The notes below the pieces were generated by a model. That model worked only from the letters and a program-made list of their open reading frames with translations. It was not told the origin of the DNA and did not search any database. Both the position numbers and the translations under genes were made by a program. A DNA stretch of 58,557 nucleotides, the filler included, from Sphacelaria rigidula (lineage: Eukaryota): NCBI GenBank assembly GCA_964200075.2. It is 10 parts of 10 records of this genome, joined end to end, with 100 filler letters (N's around TTAATTAATTAA, not from the genome) between each part and the next. Parts side by side here need not be neighbours in the genome. Positions count along the whole stretch, not along the records: positions 23,465 to 29,230 come from CAXNAA020024622.1; positions 29,331 to 35,096 come from CAXNAA020024623.1; positions 35,197 to 40,962 come from CAXNAA020024624.1; 7 more parts are not named here. One strand, given 5' to 3'. Each line of letters opens with the position of its first letter. Position 1 is the first letter of the stretch. Of the stretch, positions 23,647 to 35,760 are shown piece by piece.

Positions 23647-26600
23647 TGGTCGTCAGTGTTATTATATCGCTGTTCGATAATAATGTGGAGGCCGTATTTT
23701 GGGAGAGTAGACCTCCACACACCGCGCACCTGGCATCTGATCATGCCAAAACTCAACGTGTAGGTTGTATAGACTAAGGACGGTGACGCAAGGCGTTCTG
23801 TGCGTTGCGTGGCTTGAAACAATAATAATGCACGTCGGTGAAACTCCATTCGGACCATTTTTCACGTTCTATACCTCAACCTATTGAAGCTACAACGAAG
23901 ATACATAACGAAACCGACAAGGAGGCAGCGGCAGATCTTCGCCGCATCGCCATTTAACTCGGTCCGTTTATGGGTCGACGCTCGCAGCACCACAGACAAC
24001 GAGCACTACTAAGGCTTCGCCATATCTTTGAGCTTATACGTCCAAGACGTGGTCGTACAGCCGAGTCCAAGACAACCGTGCCGTCTGCCAACGGCGGCTT
24101 TGAAGCTGTTCGGGCAGAGGGCAGCATCCCGTGAAAGACGGTACAGTACAGCAACCTCTGTATATGACATCACCACGCACTGACCGCGACGGAGGCGGTT
24201 GCTGTCCTCTTCACCAGAATCGGCCCACACTTTTTTATGGGCATGGCTCGCACGTAAACATCGACATTCTTCCTGCATCCACTTGATTGACGTTTTGCGG
24301 CCTTCTTTCCCGTTTCACTTGCTCTCAAAATGAGACCGCGTGCAATCTGCAGCTTTTACGGGTGCGTCACGGGTGTATCAGCCTTGCGGAGCCGTGGCTG
24401 GTGGTGTAATAGAGTAGTACTGTCCGAAGGGTATTGCATCCGCTATAAGGATGCCAATGTCCTTTGGTACTAAGTTTGGTAATCAGTACGGATATGCGGG
24501 CTCGAAGCACACCGTGCCAACTTTGTCTTGCATTTTTGAACAAATATGAACATACACTCCGTATTTCAAGCCCTTCGTCGTTGTATGACTACGGGTCAGA
24601 ACGAAAAGGAAAATTGGATGTACTGCCGAAAAAACACGAACAGATCAATGCGGGAAAGTTCACATACAGCAACACACACGCAAGATCACGGGCAGAGAGA
24701 GCCGCATCGGCGCGGCACGGGCATAATAACAATACTCGCTGAAGGTATGGATATCAGCCTTTCAGTGTACAGTCGTAATCATGATGGAGGTAGAGTCTTG
24801 CACGATTTTTGTATCGCATCAGGTGCCTCTTCCTGCCTTGGTGCAACCAAGATTCGGTGCTCCGCACCCTTTGCGAGAAGTTCCATCTCTCGAGATGTAG
24901 TTTACTGTAAACCTAGCACGCAGGGAGGTTGGGTAAAGTTGCTTTGCTCTCAATATTTAGCATGTTGCCTCCCTTTGCTTTGGTTCGTGTGGGTGTTTGC
25001 TGCTTTGCATTTGTTGCTGTCGGTGTTTACGACGAGCTAGCCGTGCGCGGACCTCGAGCGGGTGGAGGGTACAGCTGGGTACAAGTTCATTAGCTCGGTT
25101 GCGTGTACACTTGATTTCGAAATACCATCGTAACAGTGGGTGGAAATCTTCCACCAGATCCAATCTCTTGGAAGTCACCAAACACCACTAGAAAACATAA
25201 ATTTATACAATCAAAACCTTGAAGGTTGGCGTAAGACAGCTGTGATTCGCTTTTTGTGTGCCGACCAAAACGACGATACCTATTGGCACGTGTGGTCAGC
25301 TTGTGTATTTAGTTGACAACACATATCCTGTCGATCCTCTGTTTCAATACCCCCGCTGGTTATGCATGCCCCACAGCTGCTCCTAGTGCTGCTTTCAAGA
25401 TTTGTGCGGGAAAGGTGCAAGCTGGTCGTAAGTTTTTGGATTTCGCGTGTTTGTGTCAGTTGACCTGGTACACGTAATTCTTGTATCAGACCACGCATTT
25501 CCCCCCGTCTGCCACCACCGCATTTCACATCGCGTGGACCCCAGACTGAATGGCAGGTGGATATCAGAGCCTTCTCTCCCTTACTCGTAGTCTTCGTTTG
25601 TGCTGTCGGTGTTATCTTTCATGCTCTAGAGTTCCCACAGGTTGTCTTCCATCAACGAGGGACATTCGCCGACTCCGCAGCATTTTTCTCATTTTCCTTG
25701 TTTTTCGGTGTCATTACAGCGATCAGGAAAAATATGACGTAATCAAATCGTCACAAAACTGTCGGCTGCAGTGTTGGCACGGTGGTCTGTGTGTGGCATG
25801 TTTCAGCAAGAGTCGCCGACAACCATTCAACAAACAAAATAGCCTTGGGGTGAAAACATGATCTGCTCTGTCCACCCATGTACATGCGTTACGCATTCAT
25901 GATGCTCCGTATACCCTGCTCATGTCGAGGGGTGCGATTTTTCAGTGAAAAGTTTTCCCTCTAGTTCTTCATGAAACAGGACTGCAACGAATCACGCCGG
26001 TCCATTGTGACAGCTGGCACAGCGGAGGCGGCCTGTAATTGCATTATATTCCTAGTTCTGGTACTCATGGCTTGGTTCAGTGGGTTTGGTCGCCCACGAG
26101 TATTTGAAAATACATCTACAGTACTCGTATCTTCCAAGAACAAACTTGTGACTGGTGAAAAATCAACCCCTGTAGTTTTTCCTACTGTACTGTCTGTACA
26201 CTGCAGCTGTTGTGTCCTTTCTTCCCCAAAGCTTCACCTGTTGAACAAACGGATGCCCAGACCCCCGTCTCCACATGTAAGTCTATGCCCCGTTTTCTCA
26301 ACGTAAACTGCGCGATTTGTTTAGTTGCAGTTGCCCCATCCGCCAATCACGTTCAATCTATGCCCACGCGATTTCCACAACAGTCTTGTAGCGTGCGTAG
26401 TTTACCAGAGCGGTGGGTGCTGTTGAATGTCCACACGAAGTATGTCCATGCTTCCTCTTTCTTTCCATGCTTCCTCTTTCGGCGAGTACTTTCACGGCCA
26501 CAAAAATTCACCATGAGAGCAACGACGGCAGGAACTGTGTCGTGAGTGGTGAGCAAGTTGTATATTAGTATAATAGTGCGTTTGCAGAACACGTACAGAT

Positions 26601-27021
26601 ACCGTACCATGTAGCTTGGTAGGCGCGACGCCGACTCTGGCCCTTCTGTAGACACTTTTTTTCTTGTTGACGCCAAGACGTTTGTGATTCTATTTGCATG
26701 TTTCCTTTCCAGCGACGAAAACAACTCATTTTGTGGCGAGCCAAAGCTACACCGACGCACGCTGACAACGCTTGCTGCCGCTGCGCTTTCCCCTACCCCG
26801 CTATTTGACCATCATGCACCAGTCGCTATTTTTTTTCTTCATCTGTGAGCCCTTCGACAGCCTATCGTAGTCATCGTCGGGCGACCTATCCTAGTTATGC
26901 TGCTTTTACTGTACTCCTCCAGTTCTACAAAACCTTGAAACACAAGACTGAAATTCCTTCGCGGCTATCGTAGAGGGTTGGCGTCAACTTGATCATTCCC
27001 GAGGAATAAACGTTGACTCGA

Positions 27022-27227
27022 CCCTTACACAGCGAAAGTAGGTCATCTGTTGAATCGGCATCAATTTCACTCGAAAAAAGTATGCATGATACAGAAAGAC
27101 TACCCTCGCGGTCTAAGGGTTAACCTTAAGCCTTAGACCGCGAGGTTAGTCTTCTGTTGAATCGGCATCAATTCCAAGCAAAAAAAGGTGTGTACGATCC
27201 AGAAAGACTGACCTCGCGGTCTAAGGG
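27022..27227. mobile_element. Two tandem 98-bp piggyBac-like MITEs (27022-27119, 27130-27227)
   Basis: Ends CCCTTA(G)ACCGCG...CGCGGTCTAAGGG with TTAA at 27120-27123 and 27126-27129; related fragments at about 23056-23131, 42000-42100 and 52793-52875. Confidence 0.75.
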
Positions 27228-29962
27228 TAAGTCGATACTTGAATTTTAACTGTTGAGCTTGCTAGCTATTCGAAATGTGGAATTTTACCCAATTTCAATT
27301 TTGGGAGCGCAGTAGGTCTCAGCACTTTCACCCGTAACAGTGTTACTTTCCTCTCAAGATCATTGCCTTCCAGCTCAAATAGCCCCTCACATTCCGCACG
27401 CCATCCAACCCTTGCTCCCGGAAGCGGGCCCGTCTGTTCTGAATTACTGACTAAAAATTGTGGGAGACACGATGGAGCAATAATGCAAGACGTGCGGTTC
27501 AACCATGGTCATACACTCATGAGAGTTCACTGCGGAACCGGGGTTAACACGACAAATGCCGCGAAAAGAATCAGATATCGATGAGGGGCACAAGATTGAT
27601 CACAAGGACTGCTATATAGCAGCTATATGTCCAGGCACGAGCACTGTCTGCTTTACAACAGCAATATTGTTCGTGTGAGAGCCGCACTTGATCGTATGGT
27701 GGTGAAGTGCGAAGAGGTCAAAAGTTCAAAACCCATCAGTTCGACACTGGAAGCTCTTCGTAGACTGTTCCGTCGATTTCTCTTTTCACGAGCCAAACCC
27801 AGCTCGCTGTGTTCGAGCAATTTTTTATTCAGATCATTTTTTTCTGGCTATTTGTTGCGGAGATAATATGTCGTGTGGATGCTGGCTGCCCTCTACGGCG
27901 TTCGCCAGCTGTTTTCATCTGCAAACAGGTGTCCGACAGTAGTTCACACATTTACGATACAAGTACGAGTAGTTTGTTCACGAATTTAGACTTCTACTTA
28001 CTTCACTCTACTCACTGTAGTGGATGCCATACCATCCATACGTTTCACATCGAACTCTGGCCTGCACACAGTATTTCTCCACCTTCAGTCTACACCAATT
28101 CTATTTCCGTCCCGTTTGCACAATTTCAAATCTCCACATTTCATCGAACATGTCCTCCCATCGACAACAGAGACAACACGATATGGTACGATGCTTTGGC
28201 GTCCACTGTTGTAGCTTACAGCTAGGTAGCTACTCAAGCTCGGGGTGGGCTATGTACTCCACCGATCGAGGCTGTTGGTAATGCTGGCTTCATGGCGGCA
28301 TGAACGATGAGCCCTAGGTGCAAGACACTACGCGCGGAGATGTCCCGTTGATATTACGCGCAAGTCGTTCAATGGGTGTTGTGATGACGGCGCTGTTGCC
28401 TGGCGGCTTCGGCGGTACTTTACATCCTCATACATCCATCCTCCGCCACTTTTGGACGTTGCCCTTGACGTGAAGTTTCCCCTCACTTTGGTTGGACTTC
28501 GATGCGTGACATGTTGCACACTAGACGGGGTTCAAAAGGCCAAGTGAAACGATTCGGCATCCACACGCCCACACACATGGCTACACTGGCTCTCCATCCG
28601 TCTCCAACCCAATCGCTACGACGGCATATATTTTTGAGAAAAAGCATCGCGCTCCGACCCACCGTTCTCAGCTGTTCCATGGGATCCATTTGCTGTTCCG
28701 CGACAACTAACTACGAAGTACCACTACTTCAGGTTGGTGCTGTGGATTTTTTTCAGTTTTCTTCCTCGAGTTCCTTCTCGGAATCAAACGGCCCGCCCAC
28801 ACGATGTAGTGTTTTTCATGTGTCGACCCAGCAGACGCTCTTGTAGGGCTGTGACTGCTTCTTTTGATAATTCGAAAATTCTCCGTGGAACCGGGCATAT
28901 TTTCGCGAGTTTGCAACAGTCGAGCGTATTTTTCCCTTCACCCGACGACGGAGTACTCTACTTGGTGAATTGTGTCATTCTCGAGTGTAGAGAAGCAGCA
29001 TTGTCTCATTGTTGTCGTATCCTCCTACAGGAATCCAGCGCGCGTGATTCGATATTCCGTATGCTCACTTTATCATGATTTGCCCCAACAAACGATTCCA
29101 AGACAACGCCAGAAATCCTCCCTTGAGCTTACATGACTACGCCACGGCTAGGACAAATATCACCAAATTCATGATTTCTTCTGCCTGATTGCCCGAAAGG
29201 GAGGAAAAGGTTGACCGCTGGTCCAAGGGGNNNNNNNNNNNNNNNNNNNNNNNNNNNNNNNNNNNNNNNNNNNNTTAATTAATTAANNNNNNNNNNNNNN
29301 NNNNNNNNNNNNNNNNNNNNNNNNNNNNNNCAACTCAGTCTAGGCACTCTCCAATAATACAAAAGACAAAACTATCTATCCTTCGCCACGGGCCACGGAA
29401 TACACTAGTGTTTCAACCGTGGGCAGAACGGCACAAGAGGGTGATAGGCCTGCTACAGTTTTTGGTGTGCAGGGTGTTACAGAGGGTTTACGAGAGGTAC
29501 GTAGTCAGATGAGTTCCTTGGCGCAGCTCATCCGTGATATGCAGCTAAGTCAAGCTACAATGCAGAGTAACTTGGCTAACATGAGGACAGCAAGAGAGGC
29601 CGGGGGTGCAGAAAACAACGGCGCCCTCGATAGTGACGGTTCCCACAGTGAACGGGGAAATTCAACACAAATAGGACAGCGGAACGACGCGGCGCTGGAG
29701 TTTGACGGGAGCGACGGCTCATCGGGAGCCAAACTGTTCCAGAGGACGGAGTGCGCGAAGACCTGGACAACGAGGCCACCAGTGACGAAGCCAGGGGCTT
29801 GTCCCCGCACGTGAGTCACTCCAACTTAACGATACAAGTGGAAATGTGTCAGGGGTTCCCGTTTTTCGACAGAACGTCCCAAACGTTTCAGCGAAGAGCG
29901 CTGATTATGCACGGTACAGGCACGAAATGGTCAACTTCGCAAGGGGCGAAGGAATCGACTAG

Positions 29963-30958
29963 GTGTTCACCATGGCCGGCAATAGTTCTTACGATGTAGA
30001 TGTCGGTAATCCTGAGATAACGATGGGGTATCTAGAGAACAGATATGGGAGGGACACAGTGGCAGCCAACGTAAGGGCCAGACGAATGCTTGTAGCTAGT
30101 TTAGAAGGAAGGAGGGAGAAAAATATTTTGCTTGGAACCCACTCACCTGCTGCGATTTCGAGAAAACTCGAGGATGTCTTTCGCCCCAAAACAAATGGGG
30201 CGAGAACCGCTTTGTTGGAAAAGTTTGATGGAATCAAGATCGGTGTTCGTGATGATCCAGAGCAGAAGCTGCTCGAAATGGAGGAACTTGCACGAAACCT
30301 GAACTCGTACGAGGAACATGAACGACTAAGCGAAGACCATGTTCTCCTGAAATTCCTCAATGCGTTGCCGGTCGAGTATCACATCCAGAAGCAATTGCTC
30401 GAGGTTCGAGAGGGACCACTGACACGGGAGGTCGTGTTGACTTCGATTCGAAAGCGTTTCGAATCAACATCTTTGAAACAGGAACTTGCCCGGGGAAAGA
30501 AGTCATCCCCGGGCGACCAGGCTCTTCTTGCCGGGGGTGGAACCGGAAAACCGAGCGGTGCTCACCGCAAGGGGAAACCGGGAAAATCCCAGGGCTCTCG
30601 TCAGAAAAACGGCGGGAGCCAGAGTTCGAGTAGCCCTGGGTCGGCATCGTCGGACGGCAAACCGGCGGCTGGGCAGCTGCCCCGCTGCCACGTTTGCGAC
30701 GAGAACACGACGCATCGGGCCAGGAGCTCCCCGAAGAGATACTGGGGGAGGTGCGGCCAGCAGGGGCACACGTTCTGGGGCTGCCCGAGATCAACAGAGA
30801 AGAAAGAACACGCGGTGATGGCTACGGGCGCGGCCGATGACAGCGACAGCTCCTCCGTCTGTTCGGTAGCCGATGGGGAGGCTTTCACCTCTCTTGACAC
30901 CACCATCAACGGCAACCTAGGCGCGTATGTATTGAGTGTTGAGCGGAGGGGGTGGTAG
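29963..30958 (+). pseudogene. Copia Gag
   Basis: 331-aa ORF with a UBN2-like gag core (EKFDGIKIGVRDDP...KFLNALPVEY) and a decayed knuckle (CHVC...RCGQQGHTFWGCP). Confidence 0.85.
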
Positions 30959-31112
30959 TCAGCAGGGTGAGGGCGAACCGTGGATATTTGACATGGGGGC
31001 TACCCAGCATTTCTCCCACGATTCCCATGGGATGACGTAGTACAGAGAGTGCAAGGGTAGGGTACTACGGTGCGCGGGAGGTAGTACTTACCCGATCGTA
31101 GGCAGAGGAAAT

Positions 31113-32636
31113 TTGTCTCTTGCCTTCAGATCTGACGGACAGGATGTAATCCTTAAACTAGTGGATGTTGACCATGTACCTGGTGTCCGTCATCACCTCT
31201 TGTCACTCACGAGGGTCCAACACATGGGACACACCGACACTGGTTTTCGTACAGGTTTCAGGGTAGATCTCAATTCAGGCAATAGACTGATGATACCCGG
31301 ACAACCACGTCAACTCAGAATGTATGCCCGCAGCCTCGATCAAAGTGGTAGTGACAAGTGTGCTTCGGCATATGCTGTTATTGCCCCGGGGGCTCCGCCT
31401 AGCCCTCAGACCGCTGACGTCAACGAATTTCACTATTCCCACGCCCACGTCCACGAGGATTTACTGAGGAAGACGGCGAAGCAGCAGGGAAAGCCGCTGG
31501 CTGGGGAGCTGCAGCCCTGCCGCGGCTGCTCAGAGGCGAAGGGACTGCGGACACCGATTCCAAGATCGACGCACACGAGAGCAGCTAAGTCAGCGTCTAG
31601 GGTGTTTGTAGATCTTTCCGGGCCGAGACCAGTCAAATCGTACGGGGGAAAGTCGTACAAGATGATAGTCCGAGATGATCACTCACGGCACACAAAGCTG
31701 TATCTTCTACGGAAAAAGGATGAGGCAGAGAGATACTTCGCAAAATACATTGCACGGGTCTCTCCAAGAAAAGTTGAGATAGTCCGTAGCGATGACGGGG
31801 GTGAATTGTCAGGGGGTGCATTTGGTGAACTGTGCGACAGGGAAAAGACCAAGCAGGAGAAGACCACTACCGACTCCCCCCAGTTCAACGGTGTTGCAGA
31901 GCGAGCGTTAGGTATCATCGAAACAGCAGGCCTTGTGGCCAGAATCCAAGCATCTGAGCTGTACCCAGATGAGCGCATCCCAAATGGTGACAGCCTGTGG
32001 GCTGAACAGGCAAATTGGGCGTGTCACGCCCTGAACTGTACCGCTACCTCGGCTAACCCGCACCACGAATCACCGCATGAGATGTGGTATAAATCGCCAC
32101 CGGAAGGAGATCTCAATCCGTTCTTGAAGCCTGGTTTTTGTAGTTCGAAGCGGACAAATATATTACAGCCGAAAACCGAAAAATGCTGGTACTTGAGCCC
32201 AGCCCCAGGCTACCCACGTGATGCGATGCGAGTTCTGACTGTACGAGGAACTATCTCCGTGACAAAACATGTAACATGGGCACGTACGTCCGCTGCCCCC
32301 CCCCGCACACTACAGCAAGCGATCCAGACGCCGGGCGAGCTGAAGGATTCCAACGTCGATCAAGGCCAGGATGTGGGTGGAGACAGGACGGAAAGCTCGG
32401 CAGTGGACACTTCGCCCAGCGGTTCCTCAAGCGCGCCGTCCTCCCCGCCGAGTTCCGTCGGTGGGAGGGGCGGAGCAGCACCGCAGATCCCCGTCAGTGG
32501 TGGAGGGGGCGAAGTGCCTTTACCGTTCCCGCGAGGGAGGGCGTTCTCATGTGTTGCTTGCCTTAGTCGTTTGACCATTGACCACGCATCCCTTTCGAGA
32601 CGGAGCACCGCGAGGGAGGGGGGGAAGGCGAGGTGA
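31113..32636 (+). pseudogene. Copia Pol: GAG-pre-integrase and integrase core (rve)
   Basis: HYSHAHVHE...CRGC, VFVDLSGP, VRSDDGGE, PQFNGVAER, LWAEQ. Confidence 0.92.
32542..32608 (+). mobile_element. 67-nt dispersed micro-element inserted into the Copia linker with a 12-13-bp target-site duplication
   Basis: ccgcgagggaggg at 32529-32541 and 32608-32620; same element at 49117-49183 (-), 54622-54688 (+) and a stub at 35197-35212; absent from the homologous position of the contig-3 Copia (~14100-14125). Confidence 0.85.
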
Positions 32637-32709
32637 TGCCAGAAATCCTCGTTCCAGATTTTGTCAACGGAAGGGGTGAGATGGAGCCGGAATCACCATT
32701 ATCATCATC

Positions 32710-32845
32710 AACGCCAACATCAGCGCCGACGCCGACACCAGCGCCGACGCCGACACCAGCACAGACGCTGACACCTACACCGACGCCGACACCAGCGCAG
32801 ACGCCGACACCTACGCCGACGCTGACACCTACGCCGACGCTCACA
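32710..32845 (+). repeat. Thr-Pro coding repeat (acgccg/acacca)n in the Copia integrase-RT linker
   Basis: ORF 32633-33346 TPTSAPTPTPAPTPTPAQTLTPTPTP... Confidence 0.85.
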
Positions 32846-33373
32846 TCGGCATCGGACACTGCCTCGTCGCTCACACTGTCACGCTCTTCAACGGGTCCCT
32901 CGCAAGATGGCGAGAGAGGCGGCGACGCTCCTGAACTCCCGAGGACCGAGCAACACCGTCTTGCGTGGGCTGACCGGGTACCAACACCAAGGGCGGGGCG
33001 TACGAGGAGCCAAACGCGCGAGGCAATTGGATCGGTGCACGCACGAGACGACACGCTGGTGGCTGGCGGAGCGGAGGAAAGCAAGAAGAAAGCGGAGATG
33101 GCGCTAGCGGGAATGGCGGAGGACAAATGCTCAACCATGGAGCTGATCACCGCGGCAGCAGGACAGGTGGCTGGACAAGACGCAATCGTTCCGACTCAAC
33201 ACGAGTTAGCTGAAGACGAGTATTTTTGCTTTGTTGCTGAGGAAAACAGGGTAGGGCAGCCTGAATTCGGTTTGTGTTCACCAGTTGGTCTACACGTAAG
33301 CGAAATAGAGGCAGTACCAACCAGTATGGATGACATTGCCAAGTAAACATTTCGAGAGACATGGTTAGGCGCG

Positions 33374-34873
33374 ATGCAGGTCGAGCTAGGAGGTCACGAA
33401 AAGGCGCGAACATTTTCGACTGGCCCTGTACCGGAAGCAGCAAACGTGATTTCAGCGAAGTGGGTTTTTAGTTGGAAGACCGACACAGATGGTACTGTGA
33501 CGAAGGCAAAGGCAAGGTTGGTAGCGCGAGGTTTTGAACAACGTTTTGCAGTCGGCTATTTCGAGACTTTCGCGGCAACGACCTCCATGGCCTCCATCAA
33601 CCTGGTCATGGCAGTGGCAGTTCAGGAAGAGTGGCCGCTGTACCATTTTGATGTGACACAGGCTTTTGTTCAAGCGGAAATGGATACCGATGTATACATG
33701 AGGTTGCCTGAAGGTTTCTCCGTTTTGACAGACGTGACCGTAAAGCTTGAAAAATCTATTTACGGGATCAAGCAAGCAGGCAGGCAGGCAGTGGCCTCGT
33801 CTTCTGTGTCAAACTTTACGGGAGGATGTTGGGATGGTGCAGAGTGAGGCTGATTCATGTGTCTTCAAGATCGAGGATGCAGGAGAAGTGCGTGTGATTT
33901 TAGTTGTCCATGTGGACGACATCCTTAATAGTGGTTCTGAGGAAAACGTAGGAAAGGTGGGCAAAATCCTTAACAAAACGTTCCCCACGACCAATCTCGG
34001 AGAGGTCACATGGTACATGGGGTGCGCAGTGGATAAAGACTGGGATATTAGCACGCTGTCTGTGACGCAAACCACGTTCACGGACACGCTCCTAAAGCGT
34101 TTTGAGGTGAGGGGGTACTCGGAAATCCCTGCCTCTGTTCCTGTAAAGTTGGGACCGACAACGGGCGAGGAAAAAAAGGTGAATCGCCCATACCGTAACG
34201 CAGTGGGGGGGTTGATGTTGCTGGCAATAGTCACCAGACCCGACATCGCAAATTCGGTACGAGCTCTTGCTCGCCAGTCGCATGACCCATGCGAGAGGCA
34301 CTGGGAAGCTGTTATGAAAATTCTAAAGTATCTAAATGAGACAAAAAAGTTAGGCCTTACGTTCAAGAAAGGTCATGGTGGACTCTCAGTCTACTGCGAT
34401 GCAGATTACGCCAAGAAGGAAACGGATAGGCGTTCGGTTTCAGGGGTAGCCGTGATGTACGGTGGTGTGGCAGTGTCGGCAACGAGCCGCACGCAACACG
34501 GTGTGACCCTGTCAACTACGGAGGCAGAGTATGTTGCAATGGCCGACGGGGCAAAGGAGGAATTGTTTGTGAAGGCAGTGCTGACGTTCTTGCAACATAG
34601 ATTGTGTCGGGAAGCGGGGAGAACCAAGGTATTGTTTTGTACGAGGACAAAAAGGGAGAAAACGCTCTGGCCGAAAGTCCTCTCAGTTCCGAGAGGAGTA
34701 AGCACATAGACGTGAGATATCACTTCATTCCAGAGCTGGTGGGGACGGGAAAGGTCAGGGTTGCACATGTAGGCTCAGGATGGCAGCATGCAGATATTTT
34801 GACGAAGCCTCTTTCGATCAGCCTGTTTACGAGGCACAGGCGTTTTTTTATGAACTTGGAAGGTGACAAGTAG
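33374..34873 (+). pseudogene. Copia reverse transcriptase and RNase H (three frames)
   Basis: KWVFSWK, KARLVARGF, HFDVTQAF, SIYGIKQAGRQ, HVDDIL, TRPDIA, YCDADYA, ADILTKPL. Confidence 0.95.
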
Positions 34874-35409
34874 GTACGTTTTTTGTGTGTACCATTGTAC
34901 TCGTGCCGGGTATTTTTAGATCTTCAAGTGATGCATTTATGCGCATTTTGGGTTAAGCCACCCACGCTACTTTGAGGGGCATGGGTTTTGTAGGCCGTTT
35001 CCTGACATGCCGTGTATGAGGATCCTGCGATAGGGGGGGGGTATTTTGGGCCATTTGTTGCTCGAAATTTTGAGTCAGATCGTCGTTGGAGGCAGCNNNN
35101 NNNNNNNNNNNNNNNNNNNNNNNNNNNNNNNNNNNNNNNNTTAATTAATTAANNNNNNNNNNNNNNNNNNNNNNNNNNNNNNNNNNNNNNNNNNNNACTA
35201 ATGAGTACGCCCACCGCTCCCGCCCCCTCCCCCCTTCCCCCTTTCCCTCCTCTGTTTGAAACGAGGCACTAGTGCCAAGAGGTCGTGAAGTCCATGGTCG
35301 ACAATTTTGGGTCTGCACCCCCGCACGCAACCCGTAAGCTTGAATCGAAGTGTACTCTTCCCAGCGACTGTCGCTTTCCACCTGTTTGGACGACGGAAAC
35401 AAAAAGGAA

Positions 35410-35525
35410 TGGTTATTCTAGTGTCGGGATTCGAGCCCACAAAGTCCTCCCGATTTGGTGTTGGTGTTGGTGTTGGTGTTGGTGTTGGTGTTGGCGCACC
35501 GGCTTTACCGACGAGATGCCGGGAC
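35410..35525 (-). mobile_element. tRNA-derived SINE head interrupted by a (CACCAA)n microsatellite
   Basis: Minus strand gtcccggcatctcgtcggtaaagccggtgcgc-(caacac)6-caaatcgggaggactttgtgGGCTCGAATCCcgacac: degenerate A box and recognisable B box. Confidence 0.55.
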
Positions 35526-35760
35526 AAATGCTCCGATTCATGATAGGCAAAAAGACTTCCGAGGACTTCCAAGACTGGTAGGTAAACCGAATTGGGCGAT
35601 GCGGTTGACAGCACCGGCTCGACAGCATGTGGTATGAGGACGTTTGGAATTTTGAGCTGAACATTTCCGGTGATGTACGACAACCAAGGATTGAAATCTC
35701 CACGTTTTTCAGTCTCCCGCAGCATGACACCTGAAGACACATGTTCTCGATTTTTCTCAG

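Larger units (their letters stand above)
29331..35096 (+). mobile_element. Near-complete Ty1/Copia LTR retrotransposon internal region with LTR stubs; frameshifted
   Basis: Domain order gag-PR-IN-RT-RH: gag with degenerate zinc knuckles, PR WIFDMGATQHF (~30980), integrase DDE, RT LVVHVDDIL, RNase H YCDADYA/TEAEY/KHIDVRYHFI/ADILTKPL ending at 34873; polypurine tract at 35032-35041. Confidence 0.97.

Noticed and set aside
23950..29230. Multi-exon gene or hAT-like transposase relic on the minus strand of contig 5
   Set aside because: Some protein-like fragments (e.g. KKEEAWTYFVW) but frequent stops, no consistent splice phases and no diagnostic motif; cannot support a call.
32542..32608. The 79-nt insertion (element plus TSD) as the sole cause of the Copia pol frameshift; hammerhead or HDV ribozyme in the element
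   Set aside because: 79 nt shifts the frame by +1 but the flanking ORFs differ by +2, so G-run slippage is also needed; no CUGANGA/GAAA core or HDV pseudoknot could be identified by eye.
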